In this document: positions 8,222-16,573 of the stretch, in pieces | Position numbering within the stretch: the stretch's first letter is position 1 | Layout of the letters: each line of letters starts with the position of its first letter | DNA from: a virus | Direction: 5' to 3' (one strand) | Virus record (IMG/VR): IMGVR_UViG_3300048813_000107 | Span: 1 to 64,000 of that record | Length of the DNA stretch: 64,000 bases | Translations under genes and position numbers: made by a program | Notes under the pieces: model-generated | Told to the model about the DNA's origin: nothing | Databases searched by the model: none | Seen by the model: the letters and a program-made list of their open reading frames with translations, nothing else

Positions 8222-8776
8222 ATGGCCACTGAGCCTCACGAGTTCCGGCCCGACTGGTGCATAGCTCCGGCCGAGCACCTCCGCGAATGGATGGAGGACA
8301 ACGGCGTGAAGCCGCGACTGATTGCCGCCATCTGGTCAGGGCGCGACGAAGAGCGCAAGACCGCCGCCCTGGCGCTGGTGCAGGACGTGCTCGACCGCAA
8401 GCCCCTGACCGAAACCCACGCCGCCGTCCTGGCGCGCGGCACGTTCATCCCGGCGCGGTTCTGGCTGGGACTCGAAACGAATTATAGAAATGGCCTTGCG
8501 GCGGGATTGAAGGACGTGACGGACGACTCCGCTCCCGCGGGGGCAGTACAGGAAGATGGGGGACCGGTGAGCAAGCTGACCAAGGGAACCATGGCCGCAG
8601 TAGTGCGAGCCGCTCCGTGTCCCTACTGCCGCGAGGATGCAGGCCAGCGATGCATCAGCAGCGGCGGCCGGGAGCTGGCCAGGCCGCACGGCGACCGGAT
8701 GGCTTTCTACGCCATGACCGATGAGGGGCGACGGGAGATGTTCCCGCACATGTTCAAGCAGCCCGATGGCCGTTGA
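8222..8776 (+). CDS. HigA-like XRE antitoxin domain fused to a zinc finger
   Basis: PAEHLREWMEDNG...LTETHAAVLAR...ARFWLGLETNY matches HigA pattern; C-terminal PCPYC...GQRC...HGDR. Confidence 0.7.
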   Translation: MATEPHEFRPDWCIAPAEHLREWMEDNGVKPRLIAAIWSGRDEERKTAALALVQDVLDRKPLTETHAAVLARGTFIPARFWLGLETNYRNGLAAGLKDVTDDSAPAGAVQEDGGPVSKLTKGTMAAVVRAAPCPYCREDAGQRCISSGGRELARPHGDRMAFYAMTDEGRREMFPHMFKQPDGR

Positions 8777-8987
8777 TACCGGGATCGTGAACTGGCTTGC
8801 CCGCGGCTTCGCCCGGCTGACCCTGGACCCCTCACCCCGGCTCCGCAGGCTCCGCGAAGAGGCGGGGTGCGCCAGCCTCCCGCGCTGGTTTGGCCCGCTC
8901 CCGCCGCTGCCGGACAGCGCCTACCCGCCCGGTGCGGTCCCGCTGGATACCTCAGGAGTGCCGGAGGATGAGCACCATGACCGCTGA
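8766..8987 (+). CDS. Hypothetical protein
   Basis: Overlaps upstream stop. Confidence 0.45.
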   Translation: MAVDTGIVNWLARGFARLTLDPSPRLRRLREEAGCASLPRWFGPLPPLPDSAYPPGAVPLDTSGVPEDEHHDR

Positions 8988-9000
8988 CACTGAGGCGCAG

Positions 9001-9006
9001 TAGAAT
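9001..9006 (+). promoter_or_regulatory. -10 box for the tRNA
   Basis: TAGAAT 6 nt before tRNA base 1. Confidence 0.55.
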
Positions 9007-9012
9007 AGCCGT

Positions 9013-9085
9013 AGCGGGTTGGCGCAGTTGGTAGCGCGATGGGCTCATAACCCGTAGGCCGCGGGTTCAAGTCCCGCACCCGCCA
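9013..9085 (+). tRNA. tRNA-Met(CAT), initiator (fMet)-like; CCA not encoded
   Basis: Full cloverleaf: AGCGGGT/ACCCGCC acceptor with A1:C72 mismatch, GCGC D stem, ATGGG-CTCATAA-CCCGT anticodon arm with three G:C pairs, GCGGG-TTCAAGT-CCCGC T arm. Confidence 0.93.
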
Positions 9086-9229
9086 CGTCGAGATCCGGCC
9101 GGGCAGCTCTTAAACTGCCTCGATCTCTGCGGGATGACTATGGTCCGGAACGGTCCCCGTGGGCATAGAAGCCGCGCGAACTAGGGCAGGGCGGCCACGC
9201 CAGCTAGGGATGAGGCTGGCACTGCAACA

Positions 9230-9285
9230 GAGAAGGACCGGGAACCGCGCCCATTCAACGGGGGGCGCGGCACCCGGTCCTTCTC
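9230..9285. terminator. Long hairpin between convergent tRNA and recombinase
   Basis: GAGAAGGACCGGG...CCCGGTCCTTCTC 13-bp outer stem plus inner stem. Confidence 0.75.
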
Positions 9286-9292
9286 GTTGGGG

Positions 9293-10315
9293 TCAGAGCA
9301 CGCCGTCGAGCACGTCGATTAGCCAGCGGTCGGCATCCTCGATGTACCCGGACACGGCCCGCGAGCCAGCTTCCCATCCGCCTTGCCGTTCGATAGAGCG
9401 CCGTTCGGCGCCCGCCTGGTGCATGGCGGTGGCGAGTCCGCGGCGCAGGCTATGCCCGGACCACTTCCCGCCGAGTCCGGCCGAGATTGCGCATCGGTGG
9501 ATCACGTCCGCGATGGCCTGACCGGTCATGCGTCCGCCGCTGTCACCGATGGGAACGCCGTCGCGGACGACCTGATGGCCGATGCGACCGTGCCGGTCGA
9601 TCCGCACAAAGAGCGGGCCCTCCGCTCGCCCGGCCGCGGCGAGGACCTCTATCCACTCGGCCACGGCCCGGACGGGGCATACGTTCTTATCGGGCCGGTA
9701 CTGCACCACGGGGTCATCCATCTTGCGGGTCTTCTGCCGGTAGACGGAGACTTGAATGCCGCGGTCCTGGAAGTCGAGTTCCCCGATATCCAGGCTGGCG
9801 ATCTCGCCGCGGCGGCCAGCGATAGCGAATCCCAGGAGGACGATCGCAGCGTTCCGCTTACCTGCCGCGGTCGAGCGGTCGAGGATGGCCAGCATCGCGA
9901 CGAGTGAGCTGCGGCTGGCCGGGGTTGCCTTTCGCGGCTTGGCCTTGGGACTCTTGGATTTGGCCAGCGACTCCCGGTAGCCCTTGAGCACGCCGACCAG
10001 ACCGTCTGTGCTCGGCGGCGGCACCTCGGCCAGCGAGTGCCATTTGAGGATGGCCCACCGGGCCCGCTCGATCGAGACCGGAGTCCAGCCGCAGGTGTAG
10101 GCGGCATAGGTCGCGTACTCGGTGAGCGTCGTTCCGTCAGTCGGCAGGCCGCCGTGACCGTGCTCAGCGCACCATGCCGCGAAACGCTTGATGTCCTCGG
10201 TGTAGGCGCGGCGCGTTGATTCCGGCATCCCGGCGGCCACGGCTGCGTGGGCGGCCGGGGACAGCCGGGCCGGGGTTGCGACGCCCCGGCCCGGTGCGGC
10301 TACTTCTCCGGGCAC
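9293..10315 (-). CDS. Tyrosine recombinase, Cre-like
   Basis: N-terminal STRRAY..D...F..WC; catalytic R (GRRGEI), K (QKT), HSLRRG, GGW, Y (SGYI). Confidence 0.92.
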   Translation of the reverse strand: MPGEVAAPGRGVATPARLSPAAHAAVAAGMPESTRRAYTEDIKRFAAWCAEHGHGGLPTDGTTLTEYATYAAYTCGWTPVSIERARWAILKWHSLAEVPPPSTDGLVGVLKGYRESLAKSKSPKAKPRKATPASRSSLVAMLAILDRSTAAGKRNAAIVLLGFAIAGRRGEIASLDIGELDFQDRGIQVSVYRQKTRKMDDPVVQYRPDKNVCPVRAVAEWIEVLAAAGRAEGPLFVRIDRHGRIGHQVVRDGVPIGDSGGRMTGQAIADVIHRCAISAGLGGKWSGHSLRRGLATAMHQAGAERRSIERQGGWEAGSRAVSGYIEDADRWLIDVLDGVL

Positions 10316-10617
10316 TGCAGTTCCTCCGGGCTGGGTAGCGCCCGCTGCCCATTGCTCGCGATCCGGCTGGCGTTAAGCATGCCGCCGTACCACCGCTCCG
10401 CCAGTTCCGGCGTGCTCTTGGAGAGCATGCCGGTCACGAATTCGATTTCGGCGTCACCCTGGAGGTGGCGGCAGTAGTCCTCCAGGGTGCTCCGCGGGTA
10501 CTCGTGGCCCGCCGCCGCCGACGGGGGAATGACCCGGAGGAGTATCTCGCCAACCCGTTTCGGGTCGAGGTATGTCGCCGGGCAGTAGCCGGGCTCGATG
10601 GCTGATTTCTGGCTCAT
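10300..10617 (-). CDS. Hypothetical protein upstream of recombinase
   Basis: TAAGAT -10 (10626-10631) 8 nt before ATG; overlaps recombinase start. Confidence 0.55.
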   Translation of the reverse strand: MSQKSAIEPGYCPATYLDPKRVGEILLRVIPPSAAAGHEYPRSTLEDYCRHLQGDAEIEFVTGMLSKSTPELAERWYGGMLNASRIASNGQRALPSPEELQCPEK

Positions 10618-10723
10618 GGGAATGTATCTTACCGTTAGCCAGCCGGATTTCTGCGGATGCTGTGATGCTCACGTGAACGTGTCGTGATACGGCATTCCGG
10701 GCCCCGGTCCCTACGCTGTTCCC

Positions 10724-10954
10724 GTGAACCGACGCGACCTCGCCCTGATCCAGGAGACTCGCGCGGCGCTGGCCGACAGTTCGGCGAAGCGGCGGCGGCG
10801 GGAAGCCGGGGTCCGGCAGGTCGAGGTGGCCGCGCTGCTCAGGAAAGCCCAGTCGACGATCTCGCAATGGGAGAACGGCCTGCGGGTCCCCGATGCGGCC
10901 GATGCTCTTGCCTACGGCCGCGCGCTGGCCGCTCTCGGGAGACGTGCGGCCTAG
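10724..10954 (+). CDS. XRE-family HTH regulator
   Basis: RREAGVRQVEVA...QSTISQWENGLRVP; TACGCT -10 6 nt before GTG. Confidence 0.9.
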   Translation: MNRRDLALIQETRAALADSSAKRRRREAGVRQVEVAALLRKAQSTISQWENGLRVPDAADALAYGRALAALGRRAA

Positions 10955-11021
10955 CCCTCCCCCGCCGTGCGCTAATTACGGTGCGGGATTGACGATGTAC
11001 GGATTGTGACACTATGGCCGG

Positions 11022-12530
11022 ATGGGACTTACGCCTGAGCGGGCGATCCGTCAGACCCGCATCTCCGACGCCAGGGACGAGGAGACCAAGGGCGTCGACG
11101 CGCAGGGCACCGACTGCGACAACCGCGGTGCAGCGCTCGGCTGGCGTTTCGGTCCCGCCGCCACCCATCACATCATCGAGAACGACACGTCAGCTTTCAA
11201 GCGCAGGACCATAACCCTCCCGGATGGCCGGCGCGACACGCGCACGGTGCGCCCCGGATTCCGGGAGGCGCTGGCCATGCTCGCGGACGGCCGGGCGGAC
11301 GGTTTCATGGCCTACGACCTGGACCGGGTGTTCCGCGATCCCCGCGACCTTGAGGACATGATCGACGTCGTAGAGGCCTCGGCCCCCCGCATTCCCGTCG
11401 AATCGGTGACCGGATCCCTCCGGCTGGCCAACGACAGCGACATCACCATGGCCCGGGTGATGGTCGCGATGGCGAACAAGTCCAGCCGGGACACCGCGCG
11501 CCGGGTGGCCAGGGCCCGGCAGCGGCAGGCCGAGGAAGGCCAGTGGGGCGGCGGCAAGCGGCCGTTCGGGTTCGGGCCCGACGGGGTGACCCCCGACCCG
11601 GAGGAGACGGCCGAGATCCGCCGGGCCGCGGACGCGATCCTGGCGGGCGTGTCGCTGCGGCAGGTGACGGCGAGCCTGCGGGACCGCGGCGTGCCCACGG
11701 TCACCGGTGCGGCGTGGAGCACGGTCACGGTGCGGGACATGCTGCTGCGGCCCCGCAACGCCGCGCTGATGGTTTACCGGCCCGGCGGCGGACGCGGCCC
11801 GCGGCGGGCCCGGCTCTACACCGACGCCGACATCACCGGCACGGCGCCGTGGGCCCCGGTCATCCCGGAGGAAGCATGGCGGGCGGTCCGCGACATCCTC
11901 ACCGACCCGTCGCGCCGGCTCGGGCCCGGCAATACGCCGCGGTGGCTGGGCAGCCGGATCTACCGGTGCGGCATCTGCGATGACGGGTCAACGCTCGTCG
12001 TGTCCGGGAGCACCAGCAACGGCCGCCGGTACTTCCGCTACTTCTGCCGGGAGAAAGGCCACCTGGCCCGCGCGGCCGTCCCGTGTGATGAGTACGTCGG
12101 GGCGGTCGTCACGGCGTGGCTCGCGGGCCCGGACGGCCAGCGGGTCGCGTCACGCCCGGTGCAGGAGCACGACGGGCCGGATCCGCTGGAGCTCCGCCGG
12201 GAAGCGGCGGCGCTGCGGGAACGGCTGGACGAGCAGGCCCGGCTGCACGCGGAAGGCGTCATCGACGGGCAGCAGCTCGCGAAGGGGTCGGAGTCGGCCC
12301 GCTCGCAGCTGGCCGCGATCCAGGCTGCGCTGAACGGCATGTCGTGGCACAGCGCGCTGGACGGCATCGCGGGCAGCCCGGACGCCGCGCAGGTGTGGGC
12401 CTCGTTCGACCTGGGGCGCAAGCGGGCGATCCTGCGGGAGACCGTCACGGTGACCGTTCACCCGGCCGGCAAGCGCGGGAGCCGGTTCGACTACGAGACG
12501 GTCCTGTTCGGCCCCTGGCATCACCAGTAG
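11022..12530 (+). CDS. Large serine recombinase (integrase)
   Basis: RISD catalytic Ser, RPGF..AL, DRVFR, recombinase domain PFGF, Zn ribbon CGIC..YFC, coiled coil. Confidence 0.93.
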   Translation: MGLTPERAIRQTRISDARDEETKGVDAQGTDCDNRGAALGWRFGPAATHHIIENDTSAFKRRTITLPDGRRDTRTVRPGFREALAMLADGRADGFMAYDLDRVFRDPRDLEDMIDVVEASAPRIPVESVTGSLRLANDSDITMARVMVAMANKSSRDTARRVARARQRQAEEGQWGGGKRPFGFGPDGVTPDPEETAEIRRAADAILAGVSLRQVTASLRDRGVPTVTGAAWSTVTVRDMLLRPRNAALMVYRPGGGRGPRRARLYTDADITGTAPWAPVIPEEAWRAVRDILTDPSRRLGPGNTPRWLGSRIYRCGICDDGSTLVVSGSTSNGRRYFRYFCREKGHLARAAVPCDEYVGAVVTAWLAGPDGQRVASRPVQEHDGPDPLELRREAAALRERLDEQARLHAEGVIDGQQLAKGSESARSQLAAIQAALNGMSWHSALDGIAGSPDAAQVWASFDLGRKRAILRETVTVTVHPAGKRGSRFDYETVLFGPWHHQ

Positions 12531-12583
12531 GGGCAGATTCCTTCATCTTCCCTGAATTGTTGCGTGTTCTTCCGTGAAGTTCC

Positions 12584-12612
12584 TTTACTTACCCGCTCTA
12601 TCTCCATATCAT
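12584..12612 (+). promoter_or_regulatory. Leaderless sigma70-type promoter
   Basis: TTTACT-17nt-TATCAT-7nt-ATG 12620 in an AT-rich gap. Confidence 0.6.
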
Positions 12613-12619
12613 CTCCGGT

Positions 12620-12790
12620 ATGGCTCCAGTCCTGCCCCCCGCCGCGTATGAGCGCGCCAGGGAGATCGCCGCGGCGGCACCCCCCTTCTCCGAGGAGAAG
12701 ATCGCGCGCCTGCAGCTGATCACGTGGGGCATGCCCGCTGGAGTCCCCGTGGCCGCCGTGCCCGAGCCGGGCCCGGCCGAGGCCGCCTGA
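12620..12790 (+). CDS. Hypothetical protein (56 aa, not in ORF track)
   Basis: MAPVLPPAAYERAREIAAAAPPFSEEKIARLQL; follows promoter. Confidence 0.6.
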   Translation: MAPVLPPAAYERAREIAAAAPPFSEEKIARLQLITWGMPAGVPVAAVPEPGPAEAA

Positions 12791-12805
12791 CCCGCTGGAG
12801 ATGTG

Positions 12806-13126
12806 ATGCCGAAGCCGATTCCCCCGCCGCCGACCCTGGGCGAGCTGCTCGCGGAGCCCGTGGTGCTCAACAAGCACCAGGTCTGCCAGGCGCTCGGCAT
12901 GACCGGAAGCCAGGCAGACGAGCGGCTGGCGAACGGGACCTTCCCGGTCAAGCCCATGGAGCCCCGCAAGCGCGGGGTCCCGCTGCGGTTCGCCCTTGCT
13001 GACGTCCTGGCGGTGCTCGGCTTCGACCTCGGAGACATTCTCCGCGAGCTCGCCGGGGTTCTGCGTGATCTCGGCCCGTCCCTGTCCTCCTCCCCTGCAG
13101 GGGACCACGGGGAGCGTGCAGCATGA
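12806..13126 (+). CDS. Excisionase-like winged HTH protein
   Basis: VLNKHQVCQALGM...NGTFPV...LRFALADVLAVLG; near integrase. Confidence 0.65.
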   Translation: MPKPIPPPPTLGELLAEPVVLNKHQVCQALGMTGSQADERLANGTFPVKPMEPRKRGVPLRFALADVLAVLGFDLGDILRELAGVLRDLGPSLSSSPAGDHGERAA

Positions 13127-14505
13127 CCACGGCCACCTGGGCGCAGTTCCTCGAGCGCCGCTCCCAGCTCGACGGCATGGCCGGATTCGAGCCGCTATGG
13201 ATGCCCGACTTCCTGTTCGGCTTCCAGCGGCTCATGGACGAGTGGGCGATCCAGGCCGGCCGTGGCGCGCTCCTGGCGGACTGCGGGCTCGGCAAGTCCC
13301 CGATGGAGCTGGTGTGGGCACAGAACGTCCACCTTCACACCGGGAAGCCGGTCCTGCTGCTGACTCCTCCGGCGGTCGGGTCTCAGATGGAAGAGGAAGG
13401 CGCGAAGTTCGGTATCGAGGCCGCAGTGTCCAGGGACGGGAAGATACCGGCGCCGATCACGGTCACGAACTACGAGCGGCTGCACTACTTCGACCGGGAC
13501 GACTTCGGCGGCGTCGTGGCCGATGAGGCCAGCTGCATCAAGGCGTTCGACGGGGTGCGCCGGGCGCAGGTTACCGACTTCACCAAGAAGATGCGCTACC
13601 GGCTGGCGGCCACGGCCACCGCGGCGCCCAACGACTTCACCGAGCTGGGCACCCTGAGCGAGATGCTTGGCTACCTGGGCCACACGGACATGCTGAGCCG
13701 GTTCTTCGTCAACGAGAGCAAGTCGGGCGCGACCGGCCGCGGGTACATGGGCGAGGCCCGGCACTGGCGGTTCAAGGGCCATGCCGAGGACCCGTTCTGG
13801 CGCTGGGTTTCCTCGTACGCCCGGGCCATACGCAGGCCCTCGGATTACGGGTTCCCCGATGACGGCTTTATCCTGCCGCCGCTGGAGTACCGGCAGCATG
13901 TCGTTGAGCCGGGCATGCCGTCCGATGACGGCACCCTGTTCGACGTGCCCGCCATCGGCCTGCGCGAGGAACGCGAGGAAGAGCGCCGGTCGCTGCGAGA
14001 GCGCTGCGAGAAAGCCGCGGAGGTCCTGGCCGACGCCAGCCCCGGCGTGGCCTGGTGTCACCGGAACGCCGAAGGTGACTTGCTGGAGCAGATGATCGAC
14101 GGCGCGGTCCAGGTGTCCGGTTCCGATGACCCGGACGCGAAAGAGGAGAAGCTCGCGGCGTTCACCCGCGGCGAGGTCCGGACCCTCGTGATTAAGCCCA
14201 AGATCGGCGCGTGGGGCCTGAACTGGCAGCACTGCCACCGCATGACCTACTTTGCCGGGCACAGCTTCGAGTCCCACTATCAGGCGGTGCGCCGCTGCTG
14301 GCGGTTCGGCCAGGAGCACCCCGTGACCGTGGACATCATCACCACGCCGGGCGGGTCCAGGGCCCTGGCCAGCCTCAAGCGCAAGTCGGCACAGGCCGAC
14401 GTGATGTTCAGCGCCCTGGTGGCCCACATGAACGACGCGATGAGCGTGCAGCGTACCGATGTGTACGAGCAGGAAACGGAGGTGCCCGCGTGGGCAAGGT
14501 GCTGA
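13123..14505 (+). CDS. SNF2/SF2 helicase-like protein
   Basis: Walker A ADCGLGKS, TNYE, DEAS, TATAAPND, GLNWQ, QAVRRCWRFGQ. Confidence 0.92.
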   Translation: MTTATWAQFLERRSQLDGMAGFEPLWMPDFLFGFQRLMDEWAIQAGRGALLADCGLGKSPMELVWAQNVHLHTGKPVLLLTPPAVGSQMEEEGAKFGIEAAVSRDGKIPAPITVTNYERLHYFDRDDFGGVVADEASCIKAFDGVRRAQVTDFTKKMRYRLAATATAAPNDFTELGTLSEMLGYLGHTDMLSRFFVNESKSGATGRGYMGEARHWRFKGHAEDPFWRWVSSYARAIRRPSDYGFPDDGFILPPLEYRQHVVEPGMPSDDGTLFDVPAIGLREEREEERRSLRERCEKAAEVLADASPGVAWCHRNAEGDLLEQMIDGAVQVSGSDDPDAKEEKLAAFTRGEVRTLVIKPKIGAWGLNWQHCHRMTYFAGHSFESHYQAVRRCWRFGQEHPVTVDIITTPGGSRALASLKRKSAQADVMFSALVAHMNDAMSVQRTDVYEQETEVPAWARC

Positions 14506-15536
14506 GCCAGGTGATTACCGGCTCCTATGCGCTGCACAACGGCGATGCGATGGAGGTGATGCCGGACTACCCGGATGGCTGCATGCACGCCGTGGTCTAC
14601 TCCCCGCCGTTCGCCTACGGAGACGAGGGGCCCGGCGGCGCGGGCCTGTATAAGTACAGCTCAAGCGAGCGGGACTTGTCGAACGCGGGCGGCTACACCG
14701 AGTTCTTCAAGATGTACGGCTATTTCGTCCGCGAGCTTCACCGGCTGACGATGCCCGGCCGGATCAACGCCGTCCACTGCATGGACACCCCGATGGGGAA
14801 TAGTGGCGGCGACGCGCTGGCAGACTTCCCCGGTGACGTGATCCGGCTGCACCGCGAATCGGGGTTCGACTACATCGGCCGCCACGTCATCTGGAAGGAA
14901 CCGCTCGCGGTCCGGAACCGGACGATGGTCAAGGACCTCACCCATAAGACGACCGTGGTGGACTGCACCGACGCAGGGCTGGCATCGGCGGACTGGCTGC
15001 TGATCTTCCGCAAGCGCGGTGCGAACCCCGTCCCGGTGACCCATCCGAACGGGTTCACCGAGTACTACGGCGCCGCGCGGCCGCCGGCCGACGTGCTGAA
15101 GTACCGGGGCTGGACGGGCCCGCAGACGCAGAACCTGTACTCCCACTGGATCTGGCGGCAGTACGCCTCTCCGGTCTGGGATGACATCCGCGGCAATATG
15201 GGCCAGTGGGACGACCGCAAGCACATGGCCGTGCTGCCGCACCGCGAGGCCCGCGACGAGGAAGACGAGAAGCACGTCCACCCCCTCCAGCTCGATGTGT
15301 CCCGCCGGGTTGTCGACATGCGGACCAATCCGGGCGAGAGGGTTTTCTCCCCGTGCATGGGTGTCGGTTCCGAGGTGTTCGCCGCGATAGAGCTGGGCCG
15401 CCTCGCCGCTGGCGCCGAACTGAAGCCGAGCTACTACCGGCAGGCCGTGACGAACCTCGCGCTGCTCGAGCAGAAGAAGCCGAAGCAACTCGGCTTCGAT
15501 GACGAGGAGCCCGCCGAGGAACGCGCGGCCTCCTAA
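14490..15536 (+). CDS. DNA methyltransferase, N4-C/N6-A, beta class
   Basis: SPPF motif IV precedes FSPCMGVGSE motif I; HVHPLQL; GGAGG RBS before GTG 14490. Confidence 0.9.
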   Translation: MGKVLSQVITGSYALHNGDAMEVMPDYPDGCMHAVVYSPPFAYGDEGPGGAGLYKYSSSERDLSNAGGYTEFFKMYGYFVRELHRLTMPGRINAVHCMDTPMGNSGGDALADFPGDVIRLHRESGFDYIGRHVIWKEPLAVRNRTMVKDLTHKTTVVDCTDAGLASADWLLIFRKRGANPVPVTHPNGFTEYYGAARPPADVLKYRGWTGPQTQNLYSHWIWRQYASPVWDDIRGNMGQWDDRKHMAVLPHREARDEEDEKHVHPLQLDVSRRVVDMRTNPGERVFSPCMGVGSEVFAAIELGRLAAGAELKPSYYRQAVTNLALLEQKKPKQLGFDDEEPAEERAAS

Positions 15537-15705
15537 CCACCACAGACCCCCGTCCCCCGCAACACCGGGACGGCCCCAGCAAGCCACCACCGCCAGCGAG
15601 ACGAGGAACAGCCGGTCATCGGGCACGTGCCAGCGCGGAGCATCGCAACCCTCGCTGGCATGTGCCGGGGGACCGACCCCCGGACAAAGAAGGATACGAG
15701 GAATC

Positions 15706-16443
15706 ATGACCACACCAGAGCGCACCGAGACCGGCGGCCCGTCACGCACCCCCAGGAGCGAGATCACCGCCGCCGTGTCCGGCAACCGCAAGAAGGAGCC
15801 GGTTCTCCTGCTCGACCTGTCCACTTCGATGGACTGGGACGCGGCGCAGGGAGGGCCCGAGTGGAACGGCCAGGGCGGCGGCAGGCGCGGCATCGTCATC
15901 GAGGCCCTGCACGGCCTGGTTTCCGCGCTGGAAGCGGAGGACAGCGAGGCGGCGGCGGAGCAGGCCGGCGGCAGCGATGACCTCGGCGGGCTGCTGACGC
16001 ACGGCTTCGCCAGCGGTCACGTGGAGATCGGCGACCTGAACTCTTCCAACCTGGAGCGCAAGCTCAACGCGATCCAGTGGGGCGGCGCGACGCACATCAT
16101 GCCCGCGTGGAAGGCGGCCCTCGCGGACTACGACGAGGAGTTCGGCGACAAGGACCCCGACGAGCAGCCAACCCTGCTGACCCTGGTCCTGACCGACGGC
16201 GAGGCCGATGACTGGGCCGAGTTCGTGCCGGTACTGGAGAAGGCTAGCCCGAAGCGGGTGTTCGCGGTCGCGATCGTCGGCCACGGTACCGCCCATGACG
16301 CCACCGTCCGCGCCTACCAGCAGGCGGCCGAGCGGAACCGGTCGCAGGACAAGTACGGCAAGGAACACGTCAAGGTCGTGTCGTTCGACTCGGTGACTGA
16401 CCCGAAGGAGATCGCGGCGGACCTGATCACGCTGATCAGCTAG
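15706..16443 (+). CDS. von Willebrand factor A domain protein
   Basis: MIDAS DLSTS, GGAT, LTDGE. Confidence 0.85.
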   Translation: MTTPERTETGGPSRTPRSEITAAVSGNRKKEPVLLLDLSTSMDWDAAQGGPEWNGQGGGRRGIVIEALHGLVSALEAEDSEAAAEQAGGSDDLGGLLTHGFASGHVEIGDLNSSNLERKLNAIQWGGATHIMPAWKAALADYDEEFGDKDPDEQPTLLTLVLTDGEADDWAEFVPVLEKASPKRVFAVAIVGHGTAHDATVRAYQQAAERNRSQDKYGKEHVKVVSFDSVTDPKEIAADLITLIS

Positions 16444-16467
16444 CCCGGCCCGTTTCACCATCTCGCC

Positions 16468-16552
16468 GCCAGCCGGTCCCGGAGGATCGTTCAAAGCCTC
16501 CGGGGCTGGCTGGCTCCAGGATTCAGGGCCGCCTCGCGCAGGGCGAGGCGGC
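16468..16552. terminator. Two GC-rich hairpins between vWA and GT2 genes
   Basis: GCCAGCCGGTCCCGGAGG/CCTCCGGGGCTGGCTGGC and GCCGCCTCGC/GCGAGGCGGC. Confidence 0.55.
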
Positions 16553-16573
16553 AGTCATACCGAAAGGTCACGA

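Noticed and set aside
9060-9085. tRNA 3' end as attL/attR of an integrated element
   Set aside because: No second copy found by eye in the window; phage-like genes lie on both sides; Cre-like enzymes are not typical tRNA integrases
9086-9150. Theta/HDV-like ribozyme after the tRNA
   Set aside because: Could not build the nested double pseudoknot or find the L3 and J4/2 consensus
15610-15685. SAM-IV riboswitch (shares words GGTCAT, GTGCCAGCG, GCAACCCTC)
   Set aside because: Motif order differs from SAM-IV as I recall it and the region folds as one long hairpin; needs Infernal to exclude fully
16490-16570. c-di-GMP-I riboswitch before GT2 (AAAGCCTCCGG word)
   Set aside because: Upstream GGCAAAC/GAAA stem is missing and the word is part of a simple hairpin
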